A stretch of 64,000 nucleotides of DNA from Prochlorococcus sp. AG-347-L21 (GTDB taxonomy: Bacteria > Cyanobacteriota > Cyanobacteriia > PCC-6307 > Cyanobiaceae), in contig QCCQ01000001.1 in the NCBI GenBank assembly GCA_003278875.1, positions 54,409-118,408 of the forward strand, read 5' to 3'. The position numbers and the translations under genes are program-made. Below, in pieces: positions 39,051 through 52,027 of this stretch. The notes under the pieces were generated by a model that worked only from the letters and a program-made list of their open reading frames with translations, made no database searches and had not been told where the DNA came from. Each line of letters starts with the position of its first letter. The first letter of the stretch is position 1.

Positions 39051-40744
39051 AGTTTTTACTTGCTCAAATTAATCCAGTTGTTGGTGATTTAGAGGGTAAT
39101 GCAAAAAAAATACTTTATACTGCTTCGAAAGCTAGCTCAATTTCTGCTGATTTAGTTCTTACTCCAGAATTATCACTATGGGGATATCCAGCAAACGACC
39201 TATTTCTAAAAAAAAATTTAATCACTAATCAATATCAAATTCTTGACCAATTAGCGGTAGATATTTATAAAAAATATGGGAACTTAGGTATCACAGTAGG
39301 GATAGCTGAGATAATAAATGATTCTTTTTTCCCAAATCTTTATAATTCTATTGCATTGCTTGAGCGCGGTGAGTGGAAAATAATTGCTCGTAAAATTATT
39401 CTTCCCACCTATGAAGTATTTGATGAGAAAAGATACTTTAGATCAGAAGAAAAAGTTTCCGTATTAACAAAAGAAATTAATAATAAAACTTGGCGACTTG
39501 GCTTTACAATATGTGAGGATTTATGGGTCAACAAAAATATAGAAGGTAGAGGAATTCATAAAAAGAATCCTATTTTTGATTTAAAGGAAAAAAAAATTGA
39601 TATTTTAGTGAACTTATCGGCCTCACCATATACTTTTAAAAAGTTAGAGCTAAGAGCCAAAGTTTCCAGTTTTGCTGCCCAATATCTTCAAGTACCGCTC
39701 ATATATGTTAACCAGATTGGCGCAAATGATAATTTAATTTTTGATGGTAATAGTTTTATTCTTGATAAGCATGGATCTAAAATTAAGCAATTAAAATCTT
39801 TTTCAGAAGACATCACTAGTTGGGACATTGGGCAAACAAAACCTCAAAAAACTAAATTTGAAAAGTCTGAAATGTCATCAATTTTTGATGCATTAGTTCT
39901 TGGTGTTAGGGATTATGCTCAAAAATGCGGTTTTAAAACAGCTTTAATTGGACTAAGTGGTGGCATTGATTCTTCACTTGTTTCAGTAATTGCAACAGCT
40001 GCTCTTGGCAGTAATAATATATATTGCGTCTCAATGCCCTCCAAGTGGAGCTCATCTCATTCAAAGAGTGATGCGAAAGATTTAGCAAGAAGATTAAAAA
40101 TAAATTTCAATAGCATCCCAATTGAAAATTTGATGAGCTCTTTTGAGGAATCTTTTATAAATACCATATCTTTCAAGATGGCTGAAATAACAAATCAAAA
40201 TATTCAATCAAGAATCAGAGGAACGCTTCTAATGGCTTTAGCAAATCAAGAAAAGCATTTATTACTTTCAACAGGAAATAAATCAGAGCTGGCTGTAGGA
40301 TATTGCACACTTTATGGAGATATGAATGGGGGATTATCGGTAATTGGGGATTTATATAAAACTAATGTTTTTAAATTATGCAATTGGCTTGATAGTGAAG
40401 ATTCAATGAATCATAGAAAATCATATATGTTAGATACTAGTTTAGATTTAATTGGAGAAAATATACGTACGAAAGCTCCAAGTGCTGAATTAGGTCCTGA
40501 TCAATTAGATACTGATTCTCTCCCACCTTATTCCATTTTAGATAATATTCTTAAAGGAATTATTGAAGAGAAAAAAGATTTACTACAACTAGAAAAAGAT
40601 GGCTATAAAAAAGATTTAATTTTAAAAATTATCTCACTCATAAAAAAAGCTGAATTTAAAAGAAAGCAGGCTCCTCCAATCCTAAAACTAAGCAGTCAAT
40701 CATTAGGAAGTGACTGGAGAGTCCCCATAGCAATAACTTATTAA
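39047..40744 (+). CDS. nadE: Glutamine-dependent NAD+ synthetase
   Basis: Nitrilase-fold N-terminus (PEL, ICEDLW), GLSGGIDS, TGNKSE, PSAEL. Confidence 0.96.
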   Translation: MKFLLAQINPVVGDLEGNAKKILYTASKASSISADLVLTPELSLWGYPANDLFLKKNLITNQYQILDQLAVDIYKKYGNLGITVGIAEIINDSFFPNLYNSIALLERGEWKIIARKIILPTYEVFDEKRYFRSEEKVSVLTKEINNKTWRLGFTICEDLWVNKNIEGRGIHKKNPIFDLKEKKIDILVNLSASPYTFKKLELRAKVSSFAAQYLQVPLIYVNQIGANDNLIFDGNSFILDKHGSKIKQLKSFSEDITSWDIGQTKPQKTKFEKSEMSSIFDALVLGVRDYAQKCGFKTALIGLSGGIDSSLVSVIATAALGSNNIYCVSMPSKWSSSHSKSDAKDLARRLKINFNSIPIENLMSSFEESFINTISFKMAEITNQNIQSRIRGTLLMALANQEKHLLLSTGNKSELAVGYCTLYGDMNGGLSVIGDLYKTNVFKLCNWLDSEDSMNHRKSYMLDTSLDLIGENIRTKAPSAELGPDQLDTDSLPPYSILDNILKGIIEEKKDLLQLEKDGYKKDLILKIISLIKKAEFKRKQAPPILKLSSQSLGSDWRVPIAITY

Positions 40745-41799
40745 TCACTATAAAAACACTGTTGAATTTTTTTTAAAGGCCGTTTAACTGAATGAAGGTT
40801 GATACCTTTTTTGATAGCAAGAATTATGCCTGCAGCTTCTAAATAATTATCCACTTCAAAAAGATTGGGATAATCATAAAACTCATTTGTCACTTTTAAT
40901 GTATTTTGATTTTTTACAGAGATAATATTTAAACCTTTTTCAATCCCTGCAAGTACTGCTTCTCCACCTAATGCCCCATTAGGAACAACAATAGATTCAA
41001 TCTGATCAGGGTGTAGTGAGATTGATTCATTTTTAGCGGGCAATTCAACAATGTCAGGTGCATTGCTCAACCCAATCAGTACTGAGGGTAAAAAGGTGAA
41101 TCCTATTTCTTCTGCAGCTGCACGAGGATCTAAATTTTCATTGAATTCAATTGGATTTAAAGCAGGTGCGTGAGCACAGGGAACTTTTAAAAATTTGCTT
41201 ATTAAATGACTTATAACTGCTTCGACTCCAGAAATAGGATCAACCCCTTTCCCCTCTCGATAGATATTTGACTCTAAAGAGTCTGAATCATCTGGAAATT
41301 TTGCCACAATTGCAATTGCCGTAACTCCTTTTTCTATTAAACATTTTCCAGCATCAATTAGAGCATCAGGATTTTCAATTGTGCCACCACTGATTTTTGA
41401 AGAATCAGAATCAATAACTATGTTTAATGGCTTCTTTGTCATCACATAAGAATGAACATTAATCCCTAGGGTAGAAACACATGCATCAGCAACTTGTAAA
41501 TGTCTTACTAATATTTCTTTTTCAATGGCTGAATCAAAAATTATCCCAATTTTCTGTTGCTTTACCCGTTTTAAAGCGATTTCTCCTTTAGCAAGTCGGT
41601 CTAAACTATAACCCTCAACATAAAAAATATTTTTATCTTTTTCAGAAAGAGTACCGCCATTCATAACATTTGGGTGAGTAATTAAACACCCACTTGCGGA
41701 TGCTAATAATTTAGCGGTAGGAAGTGCATCCCCAGCGAAACCTCCTACTTCACAACCAATACCTGTTGGAATAATGAATATTGTTGGTGAATTTTCCAT
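40741..41799 (-). CDS. DUF3326 family protein
   Basis: IPTGIGC.VGGFAGDA, THPNVMNG, VEGY.LD, AHAP. Confidence 0.9.
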   Translation of the reverse strand: MENSPTIFIIPTGIGCEVGGFAGDALPTAKLLASASGCLITHPNVMNGGTLSEKDKNIFYVEGYSLDRLAKGEIALKRVKQQKIGIIFDSAIEKEILVRHLQVADACVSTLGINVHSYVMTKKPLNIVIDSDSSKISGGTIENPDALIDAGKCLIEKGVTAIAIVAKFPDDSDSLESNIYREGKGVDPISGVEAVISHLISKFLKVPCAHAPALNPIEFNENLDPRAAAEEIGFTFLPSVLIGLSNAPDIVELPAKNESISLHPDQIESIVVPNGALGGEAVLAGIEKGLNIISVKNQNTLKVTNEFYDYPNLFEVDNYLEAAGIILAIKKGINLHSVKRPLKKIQQCFYSD

Positions 41800-41826
41800 T
41801 GTTAAAAATATTTCAATTTATATTTT

Positions 41827-42018
41827 TTAATTAGCTACGACAGCTTTAATTTTAAGTTTTTTTGTTCCAAAAGAGTCAATAGAATTTTGAATATCAACAA
41901 TTGACCATCGAATTAAATCTCCTTTTTTTTCTAAATTTGTAATGATGAATTCCCTTAAATTTTTTAATTTTATTGAAAATGGCCAATCTAAATAATAATC
42001 AACTGAACTTAATTTCAT
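41827..42018 (-). CDS. Conserved hypothetical protein
   Basis: LR..I...L...G..IRWSI; overlaps ferredoxin stop. Confidence 0.7.
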   Translation of the reverse strand: MKLSSVDYYLDWPFSIKLKNLREFIITNLEKKGDLIRWSIVDIQNSIDSFGTKKLKIKAVVAN

Positions 42019-42341
42019 TTTTGATATTTACCAAATTGATCATTATATAAATCATCTTCGACTTCTTTACCAATAACAATATTCAAATCTGACTTGGGGT
42101 ATGCTACACACAAAAGTGCAAAGCCCTTTTCCCGCAAATCATCATTTAATCCCATAGCATCTTCCTGATCTACAGATCCTTCCAATATCATGGATGCGCA
42201 GTCTGTACAAACTCCTGAACAACAACTACTTGGTAAATCTATTCCATTCATTTTTGCCGCTGAAATGATATCTTGATCCTCAGAACATGAAAAACTAAAA
42301 GTCTTTTGCTCAAATTGAACTTTGATATTGTATTCAGGCAT
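42015..42341 (-). CDS. 2Fe-2S ferredoxin (Fed2-like, C-terminal extension)
   Basis: LPSSCCSGVCTDCA..LLCVAYP; LY..QFG tail. Confidence 0.92.
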   Translation of the reverse strand: MPEYNIKVQFEQKTFSFSCSEDQDIISAAKMNGIDLPSSCCSGVCTDCASMILEGSVDQEDAMGLNDDLREKGFALLCVAYPKSDLNIVIGKEVEDDLYNDQFGKYQK

Positions 42342-42357
42342 ATCCTAAATCTTATTG

Positions 42358-43308
42358 CTAGACTGCTGAACCTCCAACAACTTCTAATATTTCTTGTGTA
42401 ATAGCTGCTTGTCTGGCTTTGTTATAGGTTAGATTCAAAGTACTTGCTAATTCTTTAGCATTATCACTTGCATTATTCATAGCAGTCATCCTGCAAGCGA
42501 GTTCTGAAGCTGCCGACTCTTGAAGAGCTCTTAGTACCTGATTCTGTAAATATAATGGTAATAAAGAATCTAATAGTTGATCAGGACTTTGTTCAAAAAC
42601 AATATCTGATGGCAACTTCTCAGAATCACTTTTTTCAATATTTGATTTTTCAACAAGTAACTTACTATCTTTTGTAGTTAACCTAAAAATTTCATCGTTT
42701 TCCTCAGCGATTCCTTGAGGGTCAAGTGGCAATAGTGTTTGAACGACAGGGGCACAGCTAACTAGAGTGATGAATTTCGTGTAAATAATTTCCACCCTAT
42801 CAGAATTTTCAGAAAGAAATTCGGCTAAAATCTCATTTGTAACTCCTTCAGAATCCTTGACTGTGGGTACCTGTTCTAGTTCTTTGAAAGTACTTTTAAT
42901 TACATATCTATCCTTTCTATTTTGAAAATATCCAATAGCTTTCTTACCTACCAAAATTAAATTTGGCTGATACCCTTGTTTAACTAATTCTGCGTATCTT
43001 ATTTCTACTTTTTTTATAATATTTGTATTGTATCCACCGCATAAACCTCTATCCGCAGTTATACAAACCAAGGAGATACACTTTACTTCTCTCTTGGATA
43101 ATAGAGGAGAGTCCACAGCCTCAAATTGAACTCTAGATTGAATATTTTCTAAGACTCGTGCAAGTTTATCCGCAAAAGGTCTACTCTTAAGAACTTGATC
43201 TTGCGCTCTCCTAACTTTTGCAGCTGCAACAAGTCTCATCGCCTCCGTTATTTTTCTTGTGTTTTTAACGGAAACGATTCGATCTCTAATCTCTTTAAGA
43301 TTTGCCAT
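42358..43308 (-). CDS. atpG: ATP synthase F1 gamma subunit
   Basis: [30 protein letters not shown]. Confidence 0.98.
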   Translation of the reverse strand: MANLKEIRDRIVSVKNTRKITEAMRLVAAAKVRRAQDQVLKSRPFADKLARVLENIQSRVQFEAVDSPLLSKREVKCISLVCITADRGLCGGYNTNIIKKVEIRYAELVKQGYQPNLILVGKKAIGYFQNRKDRYVIKSTFKELEQVPTVKDSEGVTNEILAEFLSENSDRVEIIYTKFITLVSCAPVVQTLLPLDPQGIAEENDEIFRLTTKDSKLLVEKSNIEKSDSEKLPSDIVFEQSPDQLLDSLLPLYLQNQVLRALQESAASELACRMTAMNNASDNAKELASTLNLTYNKARQAAITQEILEVVGGSAV

Positions 43309-43326
43309 GGTATCTCCTCAATAAAT

Positions 43327-44844
43327 TTAAACTGTGGCAAGCATTGATGATTTAACTTCATTTATCACCTCTTTTAGCGTCGCTTCTAATCCATCATTTA
43401 ATTTCTTTTCTTTAAGAATCTCTTCTATAAATTCCGCTTTATTTAACTTTAGGTATTCCCTAAGTTCAGTTGCAAATTTAGTAACATCCTCAACAGGAAC
43501 CTCATCAATAAGACCTTTAACTCCTGCATAAACAACTGCAACTTGTTCTGCAAGGTTCAGGGGAGAGAATTGAGGTTGCTTTAATAACTCTCTTAGTCTT
43601 TTGCCTCGTTCAAGTTGTTGCTGAGTTGCTTCATCAAGATCAGATGCAAATTGAGAAAAAGCAGCTAGTTCATCAAACTGTGCGAGTTCTAATTTTAAAG
43701 TTCCTGCAATTTTTTTAATTGCTTTTGTCTGAGCGGCTCCTCCAACACGGCTAACTGAAATACCCACATTAATCGCTGGTCTTAATCCTGAGTTAAATAA
43801 ATCTGCACTCAAGAATATTTGTCCATCTGTAATTGAAATAACATTAGTTGGAATGTAAGCAGAAACGTCCCCTGCCTGAGTTTCAATAATTGGAAGAGCT
43901 GTCATAGAACCCCCTCCCATAGCATCAGAAAGTTTTGCTGCTCTTTCTAATAATCTACTGTGTAAGTAGAAAACATCTCCTGGATAAGCCTCTCTTCCTG
44001 GTGGTCTTTTTAAAAGAAGAGACATTTGTCTATAAGCCTGAGCTTGTTTCGTTAGATCATCATAAATAACAAGTGTTGCTTTACCCTGATACATAAAATG
44101 TTCAGCAATTGCTGCACCTGTATAAGGAGCTAAGTACTGTAAAGCAGCTGGTTCTGAAGCTCCTGCACTAACTACGACTGTATAATCTAGGGCTCCTCTC
44201 TCTCTTAATACCTCTACGATGTTTGCTACTGATGCTGACTTCTGACCAATAGCTACGTAAACACAAACTACGTCTTGACCTTTTTGGTTAATTATCGTAT
44301 CGATAGCAATTGCAGATTTTCCAGTTTGTCTATCACCAATAATTAATTCTCGTTGACCTCTTCCAACAGGAATCATTGCATCAATAGATGTTATACCTGT
44401 TTGCATTGGTTCATGCACTGATCTTCTCTTGATTATTCCAGGAGCCATCTCTTCAATCAATCTAGTATCACTTGTTGGAATTTCCCCTTTCCCATCTATT
44501 GGTTGTCCTAGAGGGTTAACAACTCTCCCCTGCATTGCTTCACCAACGGGAACAGATGCAATTTTACCAGTGGACTTAACGTTACTTCCTTCTTGGACAC
44601 CAAGTGCTTCTCCCATCAAAACAGCTCCAACATTATCATCTTCAAGATTTAAAGCTATACCTTCGGTACCATCTTCAAATTCCAATAACTCACCTGCCAT
44701 GACCTGATCTAAGCCATATATTCTTGCAATGCCATCACCTATTTGCAGAACAGTTCCTACATTGCTAACACTTACAGATTGGTCATAATCAGTTATTTGT
44801 TGTTTTAAGATTGAACTGATTTCATCAGGGCGTATAGTTACCAT
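43327..44844 (-). CDS. atpA: ATP synthase F1 alpha subunit
   Basis: [29 protein letters not shown]. Confidence 0.99.
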   Translation of the reverse strand: MVTIRPDEISSILKQQITDYDQSVSVSNVGTVLQIGDGIARIYGLDQVMAGELLEFEDGTEGIALNLEDDNVGAVLMGEALGVQEGSNVKSTGKIASVPVGEAMQGRVVNPLGQPIDGKGEIPTSDTRLIEEMAPGIIKRRSVHEPMQTGITSIDAMIPVGRGQRELIIGDRQTGKSAIAIDTIINQKGQDVVCVYVAIGQKSASVANIVEVLRERGALDYTVVVSAGASEPAALQYLAPYTGAAIAEHFMYQGKATLVIYDDLTKQAQAYRQMSLLLKRPPGREAYPGDVFYLHSRLLERAAKLSDAMGGGSMTALPIIETQAGDVSAYIPTNVISITDGQIFLSADLFNSGLRPAINVGISVSRVGGAAQTKAIKKIAGTLKLELAQFDELAAFSQFASDLDEATQQQLERGKRLRELLKQPQFSPLNLAEQVAVVYAGVKGLIDEVPVEDVTKFATELREYLKLNKAEFIEEILKEKKLNDGLEATLKEVINEVKSSMLATV

Positions 44845-44874
44845 GGATTTAAGAATTTAAGGTTGATTTAAAAG

Positions 44875-45417
44875 TTACTTGGAAAGGGATAAGCCAAGTT
44901 TTCTTATTTGTGAAGCAAGAGAAGCATCAATTACTTTTGATCCTACACTGGCGACGAAACCACCAATAAGAGATGGGTCGATTTTAGTTACAAGTTCTAA
45001 TTTTTCTGTTCCAGCAATATTGATGATCTTTTTAGTAATTAAACCTTTCTGTTCATCAGTAAGCTCGACAGCAGAAGTAACAGTTGCCAAGGCAATATTA
45101 CTATTTTCTCGGTAAATCTCTAAAAACCTATCAAGAATTGAAGTAAGGATTCCAATTCTTTGCCTATCGGCCAATAATTTTAAGAAATTCAATAAAGAAG
45201 AATTAATCTTTTTTGAAAAAATTTCATTAATGATTTTCTTCTTAGCATCTGTTTCTAAAATAGGAGAGGATAATGCCTTCTCCAGTTCAGGGGAATCATT
45301 TATTAATTCCAAGAGTTGTTTAACTTCAGAAACCATCTCTTCTGTTTGTGAATTTTCATTCACAACTTGAAGTAATGCCTCTGCGTATGGTGTAGTAACT
45401 GAATTTAAAAGTGGCAT
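44875..45417 (-). CDS. atpH: ATP synthase delta subunit
   Basis: YAEAL, NFLKLL.DR.R, D.SLIGG, DASL. Confidence 0.96.
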   Translation of the reverse strand: MPLLNSVTTPYAEALLQVVNENSQTEEMVSEVKQLLELINDSPELEKALSSPILETDAKKKIINEIFSKKINSSLLNFLKLLADRQRIGILTSILDRFLEIYRENSNIALATVTSAVELTDEQKGLITKKIINIAGTEKLELVTKIDPSLIGGFVASVGSKVIDASLASQIRKLGLSLSK

Positions 45418-45929
45418 TAGTTCACCTCAATATTTTTAATTGATTGAGTTACCAAATTTTCTTGAGTTGTTTTATCAAGTCGATTTGGGAGGGAATCTAA
45501 AGCTTTCTTAATTGCCAGTTCTACAGCTTCTTTTCGAAGTTGAGAAATTGCTCTGGATGCTTCAGAGCTCTCATCAGAGATTGCACTTTGTTTAATTCGC
45601 GCCATCTCCTCAATCGCTTTTTTCTCACTTTCCATTCTGATTGATTCAGATCTTTTAAGGGAATCTGCTTTTATTTGAGAAGCTTTTTCTTCTGCTGAAG
45701 ATAAATCTTTCTTCGCCTTTTCTAAAGCTTGAGTTGCATTTAGGAGTCTATTTTCAGCATCTTTTAATTCAAGAAGGATACCTTCTCTCCTTTTTTGAAG
45801 CATTTTTCCTAGGAAACCAGGCAAAAATTTATAAAGACCGAAAACTACTACAGCCCAATTAAGGATATTGGTTTCGAATAAATTGAAGTTCAATCCAAAA
45901 CCTTCTGTAGCAAAAAGGGTTAAATTCAT
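45417..45929 (-). CDS. atpF: ATP synthase F0 subunit b
   Basis: [12 protein letters not shown] then coiled coil. Confidence 0.95.
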   Translation of the reverse strand: MNLTLFATEGFGLNFNLFETNILNWAVVVFGLYKFLPGFLGKMLQKRREGILLELKDAENRLLNATQALEKAKKDLSSAEEKASQIKADSLKRSESIRMESEKKAIEEMARIKQSAISDESSEASRAISQLRKEAVELAIKKALDSLPNRLDKTTQENLVTQSIKNIEVN

Positions 45930-46387
45930 TTTTCTAGAATCAATCTATTAACAATAAGTTCGCTTAGATCATCAGCCTGTTTAGAAAGTTGATCACGAGC
46001 AGCGGACGTCTGACTTTCAATTTCTAGTCTTGCCTTTTCTTTTGAAGCATTTGCTTCATTATTAGCAAATTCTAGTGCTTCTTTATAAAGCTTATCAGAC
46101 TCATTCTCAGCTTCGCTTACAATTCTTTGGGCTTCTGTACGAGCATTTTGAAGCTGAGTTAATAAATCAGCTTCTAATTTTTTAACCTCAGAAAGTTTAT
46201 TTTTGGCCTCAATAATATTATTACTTACAAACTTTTCTCTTTTTTCTACAATGTTGCCAACAGGCTTAAAAAAGAGAGAATTTAATATGTAAGTAAGTGC
46301 AACTACTTGTATTGCCATTAGTGGCAAAGTGGCATTTATATCAAATAATCCACCTTCTGTAGCACCAAAAAAATTAAAGGCCAACAT
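45926..46387 (-). CDS. ATP synthase F0 subunit b'
   Basis: [19 protein letters not shown]. Confidence 0.95.
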   Translation of the reverse strand: MLAFNFFGATEGGLFDINATLPLMAIQVVALTYILNSLFFKPVGNIVEKREKFVSNNIIEAKNKLSEVKKLEADLLTQLQNARTEAQRIVSEAENESDKLYKEALEFANNEANASKEKARLEIESQTSAARDQLSKQADDLSELIVNRLILEK

Positions 46388-46455
46388 ATGATTCAGTTGA
46401 AGTTAAAAAATTAATTTTAAATATTGCTAATAAGAATTAGAAGCAATATTAACTT

Positions 46456-46810
<355 letters not shown>

Positions 46811-46865
46811 TATTTTGCCAGATTACAGACTCTTTGTAAAAGCGTCTGAATGTATTAGAAAACAG

Positions 46866-47591
46866 CTAATGATGTTCTTCAACAGCTTCTCCAATGTAGT
46901 AAGCCGCTAAAGTAGCAAAAATCAATGCCTGAATTGCACTAGTAAATAATCCTAAGAACATAACAGGTATTGGGAGAATTAGCGGAACTAAAAAGACTAG
47001 AACACCAACAACAAGTTCATCAGCCAAAATATTTCCAAATAGCCTGAAAGAGAGTGATAAAGGTTTCGTAAAGTCCTCTAGAATTTTGAAAGGAAGCATA
47101 ATCGGAGTTGGGTGAACATAGTATTCGAAGTATCTCCAACCCTTATTGCTTAAACCAGCATAGAAATAAGACAGTGAAACCAACAAAGCCAAGGCTATAG
47201 TTGTATTGATATCTGCAGTAGGTGCTCCTAATTCTCCACTTGGTAACTTAATCAATCTCCAAGGAATTAAAGCCCCTCCCCAATTACTAACAAAGACGAA
47301 TAAAAATAAAGTCCCTATAAATGGCATCCAATCTCTGTAAACTTTTTCACCTATTTGCGTCCTAGCAAGATCTCTTATGTAATCCCATAGGAACTCAAGC
47401 AGGTTTTGAAGGCCTTTAGGATCATTTTCCATTTTTTTAGTTCCTAAAGAAATAAAAACTAATAACGCTCCTAATAAAATCCAAGATGTTAAAAATACCT
47501 GCCCATGAAGTCTGATATTTCCAATTTGCCAATAAAGATGTTGACCAACTTCTAATGCTGCAAAATTTGTTAGCAAGGAATTAAAAAACAT
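46866..47591 (-). CDS. atpB: ATP synthase F0 subunit a
   Basis: [32 protein letters not shown]. Confidence 0.98.
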   Translation of the reverse strand: MFFNSLLTNFAALEVGQHLYWQIGNIRLHGQVFLTSWILLGALLVFISLGTKKMENDPKGLQNLLEFLWDYIRDLARTQIGEKVYRDWMPFIGTLFLFVFVSNWGGALIPWRLIKLPSGELGAPTADINTTIALALLVSLSYFYAGLSNKGWRYFEYYVHPTPIMLPFKILEDFTKPLSLSFRLFGNILADELVVGVLVFLVPLILPIPVMFLGLFTSAIQALIFATLAAYYIGEAVEEHH

Positions 47592-47615
47592 TTGTTTTGA
47601 ATAAAAAAAATTTAC

Positions 47616-48092
47616 TTAAGAACGTGAAAAATAAAGAATGAGTGAAGGCTTATAAATGAAAAAACCTATCATTGCAGGAAAAATATCCAAAGATCCTAGC
47701 TTGCTCGCAAAAATAAAGAGGCAAACTGGAACTAATAGTTGCAATTTTGATACACCTGATGATTCTTTACCAAGTTTCCCTATACTTTTAGCAAGCAAAC
47801 GTAGGTAAAAAATGCCGGCAATTGCACCTATAAAAATACTAAAACCAAAAGTAAAGCCTAAAAAAATTCCAGTTATTGATGCTAATAATATAGAAACAAT
47901 AAAAGCAATTCCAAAAATTGTTAATTGCAATTTTGTGTATTCATCATTTTGAGAAAGCAAATGATCTATTTGATTGGCAATGCCAGATTTACTTTCTTTG
48001 ATGATCGAATTATTCAGGGATTGAGGAAATTGAACATTCTCATTAGAAGGATGCTCAAGTTTTTTTGTATTTGAGTTCACTGGTGTGAACAT
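47616..48092 (-). CDS. atpI: ATP synthase protein I (Atp1); start may be downstream
   Basis: First gene of atp operon; hydrophobic, G.FYLRLLA. Confidence 0.85.
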   Translation of the reverse strand: MFTPVNSNTKKLEHPSNENVQFPQSLNNSIIKESKSGIANQIDHLLSQNDEYTKLQLTIFGIAFIVSILLASITGIFLGFTFGFSIFIGAIAGIFYLRLLAKSIGKLGKESSGVSKLQLLVPVCLFIFASKLGSLDIFPAMIGFFIYKPSLILYFSRS

Positions 48093-48358
48093 AGTTTAGA
48101 AACCCCTCTGAATGGTTTTAAGTAAGTATATAAACTCACGGAATCTATCACGGAGAGGTGCCTTTTAGCTAGTTTTTTTTTATAAAAAATTAATTCTTAA
48201 GATTTATGATGAATCTGTTGGCCATTTTTTACTTTATTCTTCAAAAATAAAATTTATGAAAAGTCATCTTTTTAATTGCGTTAACACTTTAAAACGTTAA
48301 TAAAAGACTTGGCAAAATCTCAATTAAACGTCTCAATAGTAAATATACATCTAAAAAA

Positions 48359-49594
48359 TTGGAGATAAGTCAAGAAAAAATAAAATATAAAAGAATTTCT
48401 AAAAGAAAAAAAACCTTTAGTTCTAATTACAAAAATAATTTCAGCAACTTAACAGAGTCTATATTTCCCTTACCTTGGGCGATATGGCCTTATGAAGCAA
48501 AAATCCTCATTGTCATCATTGGAATTTGGTCAATATTAGGAATATGCATACTAGGATCATCAAGTTGGTGGGTGGCTAGTAGGGAAATGGGAAATTGGGC
48601 TTACTTCTTAAAAAAACAAATCATTTGGACAATTCCAGGAATTGGTTTTTTTTATATCGTACTTAATACAAACATTAGAAATCTTTTAAAGTTTTCAAGA
48701 ATTATTTTTTATATTTTATTATTTCTGATTTTCCTTACCAATATTACTGGAATTACAGTTAATGGATCTTCAAGATGGCTAGTGCTTGGTAATTTACGTC
48801 TGCAGCCGTCTGAATTAATTAAACCTTTTCTAATTCTAGAAGCTTCTAATCTTTTCGCACATTGGAATCTAGTAAAGAATGATAAAAAATTAATTTCAAT
48901 TATAACTTTTGGTTTATTAATTTTCTTGATACTTAAACAGCCTAATTTAAGTACTGCATCATTAACTGGAATTCTTCTTTGGGTAATGGGTTTATGTGGA
49001 GGAGTAAAACTTAGCTCTCTTTGCTCATTTGCTTCAATAGGAATAACTACTGGATGTATCAGCATCCTAAATAACGAATATCAAAAACTGAGAGTTACTT
49101 CATTTATAAATCCTTGGAAAGATCAACAAGAAAATGGATTTCAATTGGTTCAAAGTTTATTAGCTATAGGTTCAGGTGGTCTACTTGGCCAAGGTTTTGG
49201 ACTGTCGATACAAAAATTACAGTATCTGCCGTTCATGTATACAGATTTTATATTTGCCATTTTCGCGGAAGAATTTGGTTTATTGGGGTGTACTTTATTC
49301 TTAGGATTTTTAGCAGTATTCTCTTATATAAGCCTAAGAATTAGTCTAAAGTGCAGGAACAATTATACAAAATTAGTTGCTATCGGATGTGGTGTATTGT
49401 TGACAGGTCAATCAATAATGCATATTGCTGTAGCAACAGGTTCAATGCCTACTACAGGGTTGCCACTACCTTTCATTAGTTATGGTGGCAATTCATTAAT
49501 AGCTTCTTTTTTTATTGCAGGGATGCTAGTTAGATGTTCATTAGAGTCAACAGGATTTATTGGTATGATTAGTACACGAAAGACTCTTAATTAG
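48359..49594 (+). CDS. ftsW: SEDS peptidoglycan polymerase FtsW
   Basis: NGSSRW, QPSE..K, QPNLST, GSGG..G.G, TDFIFA..AEEFG, P.TG.PLPFISYGG. Confidence 0.93.
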   Translation: MEISQEKIKYKRISKRKKTFSSNYKNNFSNLTESIFPLPWAIWPYEAKILIVIIGIWSILGICILGSSSWWVASREMGNWAYFLKKQIIWTIPGIGFFYIVLNTNIRNLLKFSRIIFYILLFLIFLTNITGITVNGSSRWLVLGNLRLQPSELIKPFLILEASNLFAHWNLVKNDKKLISIITFGLLIFLILKQPNLSTASLTGILLWVMGLCGGVKLSSLCSFASIGITTGCISILNNEYQKLRVTSFINPWKDQQENGFQLVQSLLAIGSGGLLGQGFGLSIQKLQYLPFMYTDFIFAIFAEEFGLLGCTLFLGFLAVFSYISLRISLKCRNNYTKLVAIGCGVLLTGQSIMHIAVATGSMPTTGLPLPFISYGGNSLIASFFIAGMLVRCSLESTGFIGMISTRKTLN

Positions 49595-49676
49595 TTAGAA
49601 TTTAAAAGATTAAATTTAAGCTATCGAATCATTTAATTTAATTATTTCAGAATTATCTCAAAAGGGTAATCTGCTT

Positions 49677-50333
49677 ATGCAGAATGGTCTTAGTAGTCCT
49701 GGTCCATTTACTATATTTTTGGTTTTCAGCGCAGGACTTTTAACAAGTCTTGGGCCATGTTCATTATCATTACTGCCAGTGACTATTGCTTATATAGGTG
49801 GAACAGAGAAAAATAAATTTAAACTTATTAGTTTTTCAGGAGGTGTAGTTTTTTCGCTTGTTACACTAGGGGCTGCGAGTGGATTCTTAGGTAAAATATA
49901 TGGGCAAATTCCATCTTATTACACTTCATTTGTTGCCCTAATAGCAATAATAATGGGTTTAAATTTATTAGGAATTCTAAAGTTTCAGTTTCCGAATGGA
50001 CCTGACATAAAAATAATTGAAGATAAAATACCAACATTAATAGCGCCTTTTGCCATTGGGACTACTTTTGGACTAGCTTCTTCACCTTGCATTACTCCAG
50101 TTTTAGCAACACTTTTGGCTTGGGTATCGCAAGCTAAAAACCCGATAATATCTATTATTTTTTTATTTTTCTTTGGGATAGGCCAAGTAACTCCATTAAT
50201 CATTGCAGGAGCTACTGCAGAAAACTTAAAGCAATTTTTAGCTCTTAGAAAATTTAGTCAAATAATTCCGACTTTAAGTGGGATATTTTTAGTTTCCCTA
50301 GGGTTATTAAATTTACTTTCAAATTGGATTTAA
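49677..50333 (+). CDS. ccdA: Cytochrome c biogenesis protein CcdA
   Basis: SLGPC.L..LP and SPC.TP.L. Confidence 0.93.
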   Translation: MQNGLSSPGPFTIFLVFSAGLLTSLGPCSLSLLPVTIAYIGGTEKNKFKLISFSGGVVFSLVTLGAASGFLGKIYGQIPSYYTSFVALIAIIMGLNLLGILKFQFPNGPDIKIIEDKIPTLIAPFAIGTTFGLASSPCITPVLATLLAWVSQAKNPIISIIFLFFFGIGQVTPLIIAGATAENLKQFLALRKFSQIIPTLSGIFLVSLGLLNLLSNWI

Positions 50334-51620
50334 ATGATTATTTTTAAGAATCTAATTTTAAAAATATCAAGTTTAAGATTCGCTATATCGCTGATAATCT
50401 TCATTGCTATTGCTAGTGGAATAGGTACTTTTATACCTCAAGGTAGTAATAATGAATTTTACATTGATAATTTTGATAGTGCTCCCATTTTTGGATTTTT
50501 AGATGGAGAAAAAGTCCTAAAACTTCAATTGGATCATATATATACAAGCTTTTGGTTTTTATTTACATTAATTCTTCTTTGCATTTCTCTGGCAGCTTGT
50601 AGTTTCAGGAGGCAAATTCCTTCATTAAAAGCTTCATTAAAATGGATTGAATATAAGAGCGAAAAAAAATTTAGCCAACTGCAACTAACTATAAGTCATC
50701 CAATAAATCAAGATGGAGAACATTTATCAAAAGTAGATTTATTACTAAAAAAAAAAGGATGGAAAACTTACAAATTTAATAGTCATATTTCTGCAAGAAA
50801 GGGGTTAATTGGAAAAATCGGTCCTTTAGTAGTACATATCGGATTAATAGTCTTACTTGTAGGTTCAGCATATGGAAGTTTTACAAGTCAATCAAAAGAA
50901 CAATATTTACTGCCTGGAGAAACTTTAGATCTTGTTAATGAGAGCACAAACTCAAAAGCAAATGTTAAATTAGTCGATTTTTCTATAGAACGTGAAAGTG
51001 ATGGTGTGCCCAAACAGTTTATTTCAAAATTAAATTTTTCTTCTGAAGATCTAAATTTAAATGAAATAAAAACAACCAAAGTTAATCACCCAATAAGGTT
51101 TAAAGGATTAACTATTTATCAAGCAGATTGGGCAATATCAAATGTTATTTTAGAAATAGATAATATCCTTTATCAATTACAATTAAAGGAGATTCCTGAA
51201 ATCGGTAATCAAGTTTGGGGAGTTTTAGTTGAATTAGGATCTGAGACTAAAAAAAATTTCCTTTTAACAATAGATAATGAAAATGGTCCACTTAAAATTT
51301 CGAATATAGAAAATTTTTCCGGTAACAATCTCTATATCAATGACGATCCTATAGAAGTTAACTCTTCAAAAATATCTCTGAAAAAAATAATCCCCAGCAG
51401 TGGATTAATAATTAAAAATGATCCGTCTATACCATTTATTTACTTTTCTTTTATCTTAATAATTTTTGGAACAATAATAAGTCTTATACCAACTAACCAA
51501 TTATGGATTCTGGTAAATAAAGAATCACAAAAGTTATCTATTGGAGGCCTTAGTAATAAAAATCTAGTTGGTTTTAAAAAAGAATTTTTTAAATTATCAG
51601 ACGAAATAAAAAATTTTTAA
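50334..51620 (+). CDS. ccs1: Cytochrome c biogenesis protein Ccs1/ResB
   Basis: GTFIPQ, L.LDHIY.S.WF, GP..VH, VN.P..F.G..IYQ.DW, DP. Confidence 0.93.
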   Translation: MIIFKNLILKISSLRFAISLIIFIAIASGIGTFIPQGSNNEFYIDNFDSAPIFGFLDGEKVLKLQLDHIYTSFWFLFTLILLCISLAACSFRRQIPSLKASLKWIEYKSEKKFSQLQLTISHPINQDGEHLSKVDLLLKKKGWKTYKFNSHISARKGLIGKIGPLVVHIGLIVLLVGSAYGSFTSQSKEQYLLPGETLDLVNESTNSKANVKLVDFSIERESDGVPKQFISKLNFSSEDLNLNEIKTTKVNHPIRFKGLTIYQADWAISNVILEIDNILYQLQLKEIPEIGNQVWGVLVELGSETKKNFLLTIDNENGPLKISNIENFSGNNLYINDDPIEVNSSKISLKKIIPSSGLIIKNDPSIPFIYFSFILIIFGTIISLIPTNQLWILVNKESQKLSIGGLSNKNLVGFKKEFFKLSDEIKNF

Positions 51621-52027
51621 TTTCTTTTTTTTCCACTAAAAATATCTAACTGCATAGAAACATTCCCTCTGGGGTTAAATGCAGCATTTAAATGTATCCA
51701 GTGAGGTGAACCTTCATTCACTAAATCATCCATAATCCTATTCACAACTTCCTCATGTGATATTTTTATATCCCTAAAATTATTAATATAAAGCTTTAAA
51801 GACTTCAACTCATAGACTTTCAAATTAGGTTGATAAATAATATTTAGCTTTGCAAAATCTGGATAACCAGAAAAGGGGCACTTACATGTAAATTCAGGTA
51901 ACTGAATAGAAATTTCATAAATTCTTTTCTTATTTGGATTATCGAAACAAATTATTTTTGATTCTTCAATAATTCTTTCACCATATAGCGGTCTTTGAGT
52001 CGAATCTTCTAATTCAGCTGTACTCAT
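51617..52027 (-). CDS. queF: NADPH-dependent preQ0 reductase
   Basis: [31 protein letters not shown]. Confidence 0.96.
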   Translation of the reverse strand: MSTAELEDSTQRPLYGERIIEESKIICFDNPNKKRIYEISIQLPEFTCKCPFSGYPDFAKLNIIYQPNLKVYELKSLKLYINNFRDIKISHEEVVNRIMDDLVNEGSPHWIHLNAAFNPRGNVSMQLDIFSGKKRN